From positions 128,001 through 192,000 of the forward strand of contig CAWEYL010000001.1 in the NCBI GenBank assembly GCA_963813335.1: a stretch of 64,000 nucleotides of DNA. Reading direction: 5' to 3'. The position numbers and the translations under genes were made by a program. Below, piece by piece: positions 41,383 through 50,287 of the stretch. The notes beneath the pieces were generated by a model. It saw only the letters and a program-made list of their open reading frames with translations. It did not search any database and was not told the DNA's origin. Numbering within the stretch: position 1 is the first letter of the stretch; the number at the start of each line of letters is the position of its first letter. This DNA is from an uncultured Chloroflexia bacterium (GTDB lineage Bacteria; Chloroflexota; Limnocylindria; Limnocylindrales; CSP1-4).

Positions 41383-43816
41383 ATGCACCGTCGGATCGCC
41401 TGCCTGCTGCTCGCCGCCCTGGTCCTCGTCCCCGCGATCCCCGCGGTCGCGGCCGAGCCACCGGTGCCCCCGACCGCCGAGTCCAGCCCCGATCCGACGC
41501 CCGAGCCGACCGCCGAGCCCACCGCCCAGCCCACCCCCGACCCGACCGCCGATCCCACAGCCGAGCCGACGGCGGCGCCGTCGCCCTCCGTCGACGCTTC
41601 GCCGTCGCCCGATCCGACGCCCGCCGCCGACCCGCTCACCGTCGCCGATCCCGCGTCCGCGCTCAGCCGCCAGACCGGCGGCGTCGACCCGGCCGGCAAG
41701 TACATCGTCGTGCTGCGCGCCGGCTCGGACCCCAACGCCGTCGTGAGCCATCACCGGGCGCGCGACCGCATCCAGGCCAAGGGCACGTACATGCGGGCGT
41801 TCCGCGGGTTCAGCGCGACCCTCTCGAAGGCGCAGCGGGCCGCGCTCCTCGCCGACCCCAACGTCACCTCGGTGGTGCCCGACGAGCTCATCCACCTGAC
41901 CTCGCAGACGATCCCCACCGGGGTCTCGCGGATCGGAGCGGGCGTCTCGCCCGTGGCGAAGATCAACGGCCTCGACGAGCGCGTCGACGCCGATGTGGCC
42001 ATCGTCGACACCGGGGTCTCCTACCACCCCGACCTCAACGTCGCCGGCGGCTACAACTGCACGTCGTCCGACCGCGGGACGTGGGGCGACGCGAACGGGC
42101 ACGGCACCCATGTCGCCGGCACGGTCGCGGCGCTCGACAACTCGTTCGGGGTGGTCGGCGTCGCCCCCGGCGCGCGCATCTGGGCGGTCCGCATCCTCAA
42201 CGCCGACGGCTACGGCCTGCTGTCGTGGTACGTCTGCGGCCTCGACTGGATCCTCGCCCAGCGCGACCCCAACGACTCGTCCCATTCGCTCATCGAGGTC
42301 GCGAACATGAGCGTGGCCAAGGACGGGGCGGACGACGTCAACTGCGGCCTGACTAACAAGGACATCCTGCACCAGGCGATCTGCCGCGTCGTCGCCGGAG
42401 GGATCACGGTCGTCGCGGCGGCTGGCAATGACAAGCGATCCGCCTCGACGAAGGTGCCCGCCGCCTACAACGAGGTCATCACGGTCTCCGCCCTCGCCGA
42501 CACCGACGGCAAGCGCGGCGGGCTCGGCGGCAACCGCTGCTACTCGTGGGGCGGCTACGACAAGGACGACACCTTCGCCGACTTCAGCAACTACGGCAGC
42601 GACGTCGACATCATCGCGCCGGGCAAGTGCATCTGGTCGACGCGACCGGGGAACACCTACGCGTACTCATCGGGGACCTCGATGGCCGCGCCCGCGGTCA
42701 CCGGCGCCGCCGCCCTCTACAAGTCGAGCCGCCCGAACGCGACGCCGGCCGATGTCAAGGAGGCGCTCCAGTACCTCGGCACGTACGACTGGAAGACCTC
42801 GACCGATCCGGACTCGTACCACGAGAAGCTGCTCGACGTCTCGAGGCTCGGGCCGCTCGGGACCTTCAGCCTCGATACGTCGGCCCTGGGCTACACGAAC
42901 GCCCACGGCGGCACGTCGCTGATCCCCGTCTCGATCGACCGCAGCAGCACGTTCTTCGAGCGCGTGCGCTTCTCGGTCACCTCGCTGCCCTCCGGCTGGA
43001 CGGCGTCGCTCGCGAGCTCCAGCCTGCTGGGCTGGACCGCCGACCACACGACCATCGCCGTCGACGTCCCCGATCCGGTCCCGGCCGGCACCTATCACGT
43101 CGGGATCTCGGCGACGAGCCAGGGCCGGACGGACAGCGGGACCGTCACCGTGGTCGTCGACAACGACAAGCCGACGGTCGGCACCCCGTACGCCAGCCTC
43201 CGGAAGGGCACGCTCGGCACGTCGACGGTGCCGGTGACCCTGGCCTGGCCGTTCGGGTCGGACCCCACGAGCTGGGTCGGCAAGTACGAGGTCGAGACCA
43301 GGCTGGACGGCGGCGCCTGGGCCGGCCACGCGACCACGGCCGCGACCACCCGCGCGGTGAACCGCACCGCCGCGCTCGCGCGCACGACCACCATCCGCGT
43401 CCGTGCGACCGACGGCGCGGGCAATACCGGCGACTGGACCGAGTCGGGTGCGGTCCGCCCGACCGTCGTCGACGAGCGCAGCTCGGCGGTCACGTACCAC
43501 GGGACGTGGGCGAAGACCACCAGCTCGTCGGCCTACGCCCACACGCTCCGCGGGGCGAAGCAGAAGGGCGCGACCGCGACCTTCACGTTCACCGGGCCGC
43601 GGCGTCGGGGTCGTCTTCCCGACCGCCTGGAGCCGCGGCAGCGCGGAGATCTGGGTCGACGGCGTCCTGACGAACGTCGTGTACCTGCGCACATCGGCCA
43701 GCCTCAGCCGGCGGATCCTGGTGACGCGCTCGATGGCCAGCGGCACGCATACGGTCATGGTCAAGACCCGCGGCTCGATGCTCGTCCAGCTCGACGGGTT
43801 CATCGTCCTGAAGTAG
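41383..43816 (+). CDS. Secreted S8 subtilase with I9 propeptide, Pro/Thr-rich N-terminus and C-terminal beta domains; frameshift near ~43597
   Basis: VAIVDTG, HGTHVAGTV, AAGN, GTSMAAP; PTPEPTAEP repeats. Confidence 0.93.
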
Positions 43817-43920
43817 CGGGCGCGGTCGCCCGCCTTGCACCGGTGCGCTATCGTGACCGTCCCGGCGCCCCGGAACCGGACCGCGGCGCCCCGATCTCGA
43901 TCGAAAGCTGAGGTTCTGCC

Positions 43921-44895
43921 GTGGCGCGAGCGATGTGGAAGGGGGCCATCCAGTTCGGGCTGGTCACCATCCCGGTCAAGCTGTATCTCGCGACCGAATC
44001 CAAGGGCATCAGCTTCAACATGCTCCACAAGGACGACCTGTCGCGGATCCAGATGAAGATCTGGTGCCCGGTCGAGGACGAGCCGATCAACCGGTCCGAC
44101 ACGGTCAAGGGCTTCGAATACGCCCCCGGCGAGTACGTCGTCATCACCGACGAGGACCTCGAGCGCGTGCCGCTCAAGACGGTCCGCTCGATCGAGATCG
44201 AGCAGTTCACCAAGGCCAAGCGCGACGACGCCGCGGTCCGCTTCGTCAAGAGCGCCTACTACCTCGAGCCCGACAAGATCGGCCGCAAGGCGTTCTACCT
44301 GCTCAAGTCCGTCCTCGAGGAGGACGGCCTGACCGCCATCTGCAAGGTGGTCATCAAGGACCGCGAGGCGCTCGCGGCGCTCGACCCGTTCGGCGACACC
44401 ATGCTGATGACCACGCTCCACTGGCCCGACGAGATCCGCTCGACCGGCGAGCTGGACCTCCCCGACGAGGACTTCACGTTCAAGCCGGCCGAGATCGCCA
44501 TGGCCCAGCAGCTCGTGTCCGCGATGACCGGCGAGTTCGACCCGGCGCAGTACAAGGACGAGTACCGCGAGGCGCTCGACGCGATCATCCAGGCCAAGGT
44601 CGAGGGCAAGGAGACGGTCGAGATCGAGGCGCCCGAGGAGACCGGCAAGCTCATCGACCTGATGGCCGCGCTCGAGGCGTCGGTCAACGCGGCGAAGGCC
44701 GCCCGCGAGGCCGGGTCCGAGGCGCCGGTGTCCGTCGCTGACGCGAAGGCCGCCAAGGCGGCGAAGGCGAGTGCCACCAAGGCCACGAGCGCGAAGGCCA
44801 AGGCCGCGGCTGATGCCGAGGCGGCGGCTGAGGCCGAGGCCGACGAAGCCGAGGCCGCTGCCGCCAAGCCCGCCCGGAAGCGCAAGACCGCCTGA
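43921..44895 (+). CDS. ku: Non-homologous end-joining protein Ku
   Basis: RAMWKGAIQFGLVTIPVKLY, VKGFEY, YYLEP, YKDEYREAL, IDLMAALEASV; Ala/Lys-rich tail. Confidence 0.97.
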   Translation: MARAMWKGAIQFGLVTIPVKLYLATESKGISFNMLHKDDLSRIQMKIWCPVEDEPINRSDTVKGFEYAPGEYVVITDEDLERVPLKTVRSIEIEQFTKAKRDDAAVRFVKSAYYLEPDKIGRKAFYLLKSVLEEDGLTAICKVVIKDREALAALDPFGDTMLMTTLHWPDEIRSTGELDLPDEDFTFKPAEIAMAQQLVSAMTGEFDPAQYKDEYREALDAIIQAKVEGKETVEIEAPEETGKLIDLMAALEASVNAAKAAREAGSEAPVSVADAKAAKAAKASATKATSAKAKAAADAEAAAEAEADEAEAAAAKPARKRKTA

Positions 44896-44978
44896 TCGGC
44901 GTGCCGCCGCGCGGCCGGCGCCGCGCCCGCTGCGCGCCGCCCGGGCCGCGCAGACCACCCCGGGCCGCCGTTCGAGCC

Positions 44979-45174
44979 CGACCTGCCATAACGCTCGCCC
45001 ACAGAACCTAATGGCCGATTTCGGGCGGGCGATCACGACGTCCGGCCGCGCCGATCGCCCACGCACGGACCACGCTCGATCGCGGCATCCAGGCGGCCGT
45101 GTCGGCTCGAAATGGAGCCCAAACCGGCTCATCACCAGCCATAACGTTCCGTGGGTGGTCGTTGTGCCAGGTCG
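44979..45174. repeat. 37-bp imperfect inverted repeat pair (second repeat family)
   Basis: CGACCTGCCATAACGCTCGCCCACAGAACCTAATGGC versus the reverse complement of 45138-45174: 29/37 identical by hand alignment. Confidence 0.7.
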
Positions 45175-45250
45175 AGACCATGGCCCATGGGGCTCCGGGC
45201 GTCGCCCCAGCTCACCCGACAACTCGGCCAGGCGTCCCGGCCATCTCCGT

Positions 45251-45313
45251 GGATATGCATCCGAGGTGCATCGCGATTCGCGGGACATCCCCCAGCGGGA
45301 TTCGTGCATATCC
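45251..45313. repeat. Single copy of the ~61-bp repeat unit (copy 3)
   Basis: ATATGCATCCGAGGTGCAT-N30-TCGTGCATATCC. Confidence 0.9.
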
Positions 45314-45426
45314 GCGGCCGCCTGAGCGCTCGCCCACAGCGCCCACACCGCCCGGCCCAAGGTGACGTTCGGCCCTTTCGCCGGCCCAGCGCCCGGCGCA
45401 TCGTCGGCCGAGAAAGGGGCCGAGCC

Positions 45427-45840
45427 ATGTTCGATCTCGACATCGCGGAGCAGGCGCAACGCAACTCCTTCTTCCGCCAGGTCCTCTCGACCGGGGAGCA
45501 CAGCCAGATCGTCGTCATGTGCATCCCGCCGGGCGGCGAGATCGGCGACGAGGTCCACCAGAAGGTCGACCAGGTCCTGATGTTCGTGGAAGGGGTCGGC
45601 GAAGCGATCCTGAACGGTGAGCGTGGTCAGGTGCTGCCGGGCCGGCTCGTGTTCGTGCCCGCCGGGACCCGCCACAACTTCATCAACACCGGTTCGGTGG
45701 ACATGCGCCTGTACACCATCTACGCGCCGCCGGAGCATGCCCCCGGCACCGTCCATCGGACCAAGGCGGAAGCCGACGCGGCAGAGGCGGTGGAAGCCGC
45801 CGAGCTGGCCGGTGGAACCCTGATCGGAGCGCGCCGCTAG
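45427..45840 (+). CDS. Cupin-domain protein
   Basis: FRQVLSTGEHSQIVVM, EIGDEVH, VPAGTRHN, LYTIYAPPEH. Confidence 0.92.
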   Translation: MFDLDIAEQAQRNSFFRQVLSTGEHSQIVVMCIPPGGEIGDEVHQKVDQVLMFVEGVGEAILNGERGQVLPGRLVFVPAGTRHNFINTGSVDMRLYTIYAPPEHAPGTVHRTKAEADAAEAVEAAELAGGTLIGARR

Positions 45841-45921
45841 AACCTGGACCCGCGGGAGCTCGGGCACGCCCCCAGGCCCGGGCTCCCCGCGACTCGGCCG
45901 GCATCGGGCACACTGAGCCCG

Positions 45922-48624
45922 ATGCCGCTCGAGGAATACCGTCGCAAGCGCGACTTCGCCCGAACCCCGGAGCCGGCGCCGGCCGCCGTCACCGGCACGA
46001 CCGGGCGCTTCGTCGTGCAGCGCCACCGCGCCACCCGCCTGCACTACGACTTCCGCCTCGAGATCGAGGGCGTGCTGGTGTCGTGGGCCGTCCCCAAGGG
46101 GCCGACCCTCGATCCCGCCACGCGGCGGATGGCCGTCCACGTCGAGGACCACCCGATCGAGTACTTCGACTTCGAGGGCGTGATCCCCGCGAAGCAGTAC
46201 GGCGCCGGCGACGTCATCGTCTGGGACTGGGGCACCTGGGAGCCGGAGGCGCCCACCCTCGACCCCCGCAAGGCCGTCGCGGACGGCGAGCTCAAGTTCC
46301 GCCTCCGGGGCGAGAAGCTCAAGGGCCGCTTCACGATCGTCCGGACCAGCCGCCGTCCGGGCAGCGCCCCGTCGACCGCCTTCGAGGACGACCAGGGCGA
46401 GCAGTGGCTGCTGATCCACAAGAAGGACGAGGCGGCGCAGACCGGCTGGGATGCCGAGGACCACCCGCAGAGCGTCAAGACCGGCCGGACCAACGACGAG
46501 GTGAAGGCCGACCGCGACGCCCTCTGGATCGGCCAGGCGCCCGCCGCCACCGCCGAGATCGACCTGGCCGGCGCCGAGGCCGCGCCGTTACCGACCCGAA
46601 TCGAGCCGATGCTCGCCACCCTGGCGTCGAAGCCGTTCGACGACCCGGACTGGCTCTTCGAGATCAAGTGGGACGGCTACCGCGTCCAGGCGGTCGTCGC
46701 CGAGGGCAAGGTCCGCATCTGGACACGCAACCTGCACGACGCCGAGACCTACTTCCCGCGCCTGCTCAGCCCGCCGTCCTGGATCGATGCGCGCGAGGCG
46801 ATCGTCGATGGCGAGGTCGTGGCCGTCGACGACGACGGGCGGCCGGACTTCTCGCTCCTGCAGACCCGGCTCGGCGAGAAGGGCGCGAAGGGCCTCGTGT
46901 ACCAGGCCTTCGACCTGCTCTACCTCGACGGTCGGTCGCTGCTCGGCGTCCCGCTCGAGGACCGCAAGCGCCTCCTCAAGAGCGTGCTGCGTGAGCATCC
47001 GCGCGTCCGCTTCGCGGCCCACGTCGACGGGGAGGGGAAGGCGTTCCACGCCGCCGCCGCGGCCAGCGGCCTCGAAGGCGTCATCGCCAAGCTCCGCCGC
47101 TCGCGCTACGAGCCGGGCCGGCGCAGCAACGCCTGGCTCAAGCTCAAGATCCGGCCCGAGCAGGAGCTGGTGGTCGGCGGCTGGACGCCCGGGGAGGGGA
47201 ACGCCCGCGACCTCGGGGCGCTGGCGGTCGGCGTCTACGAGGACGGGCACCTGCGGTTCAGCGGCAAGGTCGGGTCGGGGTTCACCGGGGCGACGCGCAA
47301 GGACCTGCTGGCGCGGCTGAAGTCGCTCGCGATCGAGGAGCCGCCGTTCGACCCGGCGCCGCCGAAGGACTACCGCGGCCGCTGGGGCGGCGACCTGCGC
47401 GACATCACCTGGGTCCGGCCGGAGCTCGTGATCCGGGCGGAGCTGGGCGGCTGGTCGCGCGACGGGATGGTCCGCCAGGCCGCGTTCAAGGGCGTCGAGG
47501 CCGGCCGCGACCCGTCGACCGTCACCCGCGAGACCGCGGTCGCCACCACCACCGCGGTGAAGGCCGCCGAAGCGGAGACGCCACCGATGCCGACGGAGCC
47601 ATCGAAGCCAACGAAGGCGCCGGCCGCGCCGGCCGAGATCCCCGCGTCGTGGCGCGTCACCGACGACGAGCTCCGCGCACTCGACGCGCTCGGGCAAGGA
47701 GGGCGTCTGGCGCGTCGGGGCCGACGAGCTGAAGCTGACGAACCTCGACAAGCCGCTGTTCGACCCGAAACCCGGCGCCACAGGCGCCGACGCGACCCCC
47801 ATCACCAAGCGCGAGCTGATCCGCTACTTCGCCCGGATCGCGCCGACGATGCTCCGCCACGTCGCGGACCGGCCGCTCAACCTCCAGCGGTTCCCCAACG
47901 GTGCGGCGTCGCCCGGGTTCTGGCAGAAGGACATCCCCGAGACCGCGCCGAAGTGGCTCACCCGCTGGCACGAGACCGGGCGTCGACGGCCGCGCCGACC
48001 GCGGCGCCAACGACCATCTCATCGCCGACCGCGCGGCGGCGCTGTGCTGGCTCGGCAACCAGGCGAGCTTCGAGATCCATGCCTGGACCGGCCGCCTCCC
48101 TGACGCCTGGCGACCCACGTTCGCGCTCATCGACATCGACCCCGGGGAGCAGACCACCTGGGACGAGACCCTGGTGCTCGCGCGGCTCTACCGGACCGCG
48201 CTCGGCCACCTCGGCGTCCGCGGCTACCCCAAGGTCACCGGCAAGCGCGGCGTCCAGGTCTGGATCCCGATCGTCCCGCAAGTACGACTTCAGCCAGACC
48301 AGCGCGTGGGTCGAGCGCGTCTCGCGCGCGGTCGGCGCCACGGTCCCGGACCTGATCTCGTGGGAGTGGGCCAAGGAGGCGCGCAAGGGCCGCGCCCGGC
48401 TCGACTACACCCAGAACGCGTCGATCAAGACGCTGGTCGCGCCGTATGCCGTGCGACCGGCGGCCGGCGCGCCGGTCTCCGCTCCGATCGCCTGGGACGA
48501 GCTGGACGACCCGGACCTGCGCCCGGACCGCTGGACGATCCGCGACCTGCCCGAGCGCGTCGAGCGCGTCGGCGACCTCTTCGCGCCGACCCAGACCGAC
48601 GCCCAGGAGCTCCCCGAGGTCTGA
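45922..48624 (+). CDS. ligD: DNA ligase D (phosphoesterase-ligase-polymerase order); compensating indels ~47690-48280
   Basis: FVVQRHRATRLHYDFRLE (PE); EIKWDGYR, EGVIAK, WLKLK (ligase); LTNLDK, QRFPNG, IDIDP, DYTQN (polymerase). Confidence 0.95.
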   Translation: MPLEEYRRKRDFARTPEPAPAAVTGTTGRFVVQRHRATRLHYDFRLEIEGVLVSWAVPKGPTLDPATRRMAVHVEDHPIEYFDFEGVIPAKQYGAGDVIVWDWGTWEPEAPTLDPRKAVADGELKFRLRGEKLKGRFTIVRTSRRPGSAPSTAFEDDQGEQWLLIHKKDEAAQTGWDAEDHPQSVKTGRTNDEVKADRDALWIGQAPAATAEIDLAGAEAAPLPTRIEPMLATLASKPFDDPDWLFEIKWDGYRVQAVVAEGKVRIWTRNLHDAETYFPRLLSPPSWIDAREAIVDGEVVAVDDDGRPDFSLLQTRLGEKGAKGLVYQAFDLLYLDGRSLLGVPLEDRKRLLKSVLREHPRVRFAAHVDGEGKAFHAAAAASGLEGVIAKLRRSRYEPGRRSNAWLKLKIRPEQELVVGGWTPGEGNARDLGALAVGVYEDGHLRFSGKVGSGFTGATRKDLLARLKSLAIEEPPFDPAPPKDYRGRWGGDLRDITWVRPELVIRAELGGWSRDGMVRQAAFKGVEAGRDPSTVTRETAVATTTAVKAAEAETPPMPTEPSKPTKAPAAPAEIPASWRVTDDELRALDALGQGGRLARRGRRAEADEPRQAAVRPETRRHRRRRDPHHQARADPLLRPDRADDAPPRRGPAAQPPAVPQRCGVARVLAEGHPRDRAEVAHPLARDRASTAAPTAAPTTISSPTARRRCAGSATRRASRSMPGPAASLTPGDPRSRSSTSTPGSRPPGTRPWCSRGSTGPRSATSASAATPRSPASAASRSGSRSSRKYDFSQTSAWVERVSRAVGATVPDLISWEWAKEARKGRARLDYTQNASIKTLVAPYAVRPAAGAPVSAPIAWDELDDPDLRPDRWTIRDLPERVERVGDLFAPTQTDAQELPEV

Positions 48625-48685
48625 CGCGGAGGCAGTGGTGCGGCGCCGACTGGCCCGCGCCCCACGCGCGTGGCACCATCAGCGG

Positions 48686-49934
48686 ATGCCCGACCAGACG
48701 ACGCCGATCACGCTTCGGACGCCCACCGCCGAGACCTTCCGCCAGTTCCTCGTGCCCGCGATGATCGCCTTCGGCGAGGTGTGGTCCGAGGGCGAGTTCG
48801 AGAACGAGGCCGACACGGTCGAGATGGACCGCATGGTCGGTGCCTTCGAGGGCGACCTCGCCGTCGGCGTGTCGGGCGCGTTCTCGTTCCGGATGACCAC
48901 GCCGGGCGGCGAGGTCGGCGCCGCGGGGATCACCCTCGTCGGCGTGCTGCCCACCCATCGCCGCCGCGGGATCCTCCGCCAGATGATGACCGAGCTGTAC
49001 CGCCAGGCGACCGAGCGCGGCGAGCCCGTCGCGATCCTGTGGGCGTCGGAGGGCGCGATCTACCAGCGGTTCGGCTTCGGGATGGCGACCAGGGGCGCCA
49101 ACTTCGAGGCGGCCAAGGGCAAGATCCGGTTCTCGAACCCGATCGAGCCCGCCGGGCAGGTCCGCCTCGTCGAGCGCGACGAGTTCATCGAGCTGGCGCG
49201 GCCGGTCTACGACGCGCGGCGGCCGACGCTCAACGGGGCGCTCGCCCGGGACGACACGCGCTGGCGCCTGGGCGTCGCGCACGACGCCGACTGGGCGCAG
49301 TACGGGCGCGGACACAAGGTGCTCGCGGTCTACGAGGAGGGGGGCGAGGTCCGGGGGTACGCCATCCACCGGCGCAAGGGCGACTGGGCGCAGACCGGTC
49401 CGCAGCACACGATCACCGTGTTCGAGGTGCTCGGGCTCGACCCGGCCGCCGAGCAGATCCTCTGGCAGTGGCTGTTCTCGCTGGACCTCGTCGAGACCGT
49501 GGCCTGCTGGCGCTACTCGGACCCGAACCCGCTCCTGCTGATGATCACCGAGCCGCGCCGCCTGAACATGTCCGTGGCCGACGCGATCTACCTGCGGATC
49601 ATCGACCTGAAGGGCGCGCTCGAGGGCCGGCGCTACCGCGGGCCGGGGAGTGTCGTGTTCGAGGTGACCGACGAGGACGTGGCGGCGAACGCCGGGCGGT
49701 GGCGGCTGACGGTCGGCGGCGGACGGGGCGGGGGAGCTGGTCGCGGCGTCGGCGTCGGACGCGGCGGATCTCCAGCTGGACATCCGCGACCTGGCGTCGG
49801 TCTACCTCGGGGCGTACACCTTCGGCAACCTGGCCGGCGCCGGCCGAGTCAGGGAGTGCCACCCCGGGGCGTTGGCCGACGCGGACGCGCTGTTCGCGAC
49901 GTCGACGGCCCCCTGGAACTCGACGATGTTCTAG
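48686..49934 (+). CDS. Eis-like GNAT N-acetyltransferase with SCP2-like C-terminus; frameshift near ~49735
   Basis: VGVLPTHRRRGILRQMM, LWASEGAIYQRFGFG, LRIIDL..ALEGRRY, LASVYLG, terminal PWNSTMF. Confidence 0.9.
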
Positions 49935-49996
49935 GTCGGCGCAACGCCGAATTTGCCCGATCGACGATCTGATCCGATCGATCTAGAGTCGGGTCC

Positions 49997-50257
49997 ATGG
50001 GATCGGCGAGTCGTCGCTGGGCACTCAACCTCGTGATCCACGTGCATGGCGCGGAGCTTCGCGAGGAAGTCATCCTCGGCCTGCCCAAGATCGTGCGCCT
50101 GGTGCTCGAGCGAGTCGAGCTTCGCCCCGGCGACACGGAGCTCCTTGCTGACGCGATCATCACGGACCTCGACGGCACCGAAGCCGCGTTGGGCGTTGGC
50201 TCGTTCACGTTAGATGCGCTCGCGGAGCGATTCCCAGACCTAGGTTTGGCCTGGTAA
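49997..50257 (+). CDS. Hypothetical protein (86 aa)
   Basis: ORF preceded by TAGAGT 7 nt upstream of the ATG, the same leaderless pattern as the host genes. Confidence 0.5.
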   Translation: MGSASRRWALNLVIHVHGAELREEVILGLPKIVRLVLERVELRPGDTELLADAIITDLDGTEAALGVGSFTLDALAERFPDLGLAW

Positions 50258-50287
50258 TCGAGCAGGGCGGCCACTACCCTGGCAGAC

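Noticed and set aside
41470-41640. Short tandem repeats CCGACCGCCGAG and similar (also 2520-2620)
   Set aside because: They encode Pro/Thr-rich linkers of secreted proteins.
44690-44895. Ala/Lys/Glu low-complexity tail of Ku as a novel domain
   Set aside because: Basic low-complexity C-terminal tails are normal in bacterial Ku proteins.
10602-45313. The 61-bp repeat with 30-nt spacers as a CRISPR array
   Set aside because: The units are not tandem direct repeats, the two boxes differ, the spacers are related to each other, and there are no cas genes in the window.
42667-46464. Very long antisense or off-frame ORFs (e.g. 42667-46464, 56792-59974, 3648-6440, 22898-25564)
   Set aside because: Arg/Gly/Pro-rich shadows of real genes caused by the scarcity of stop codons at high GC; no family motifs.
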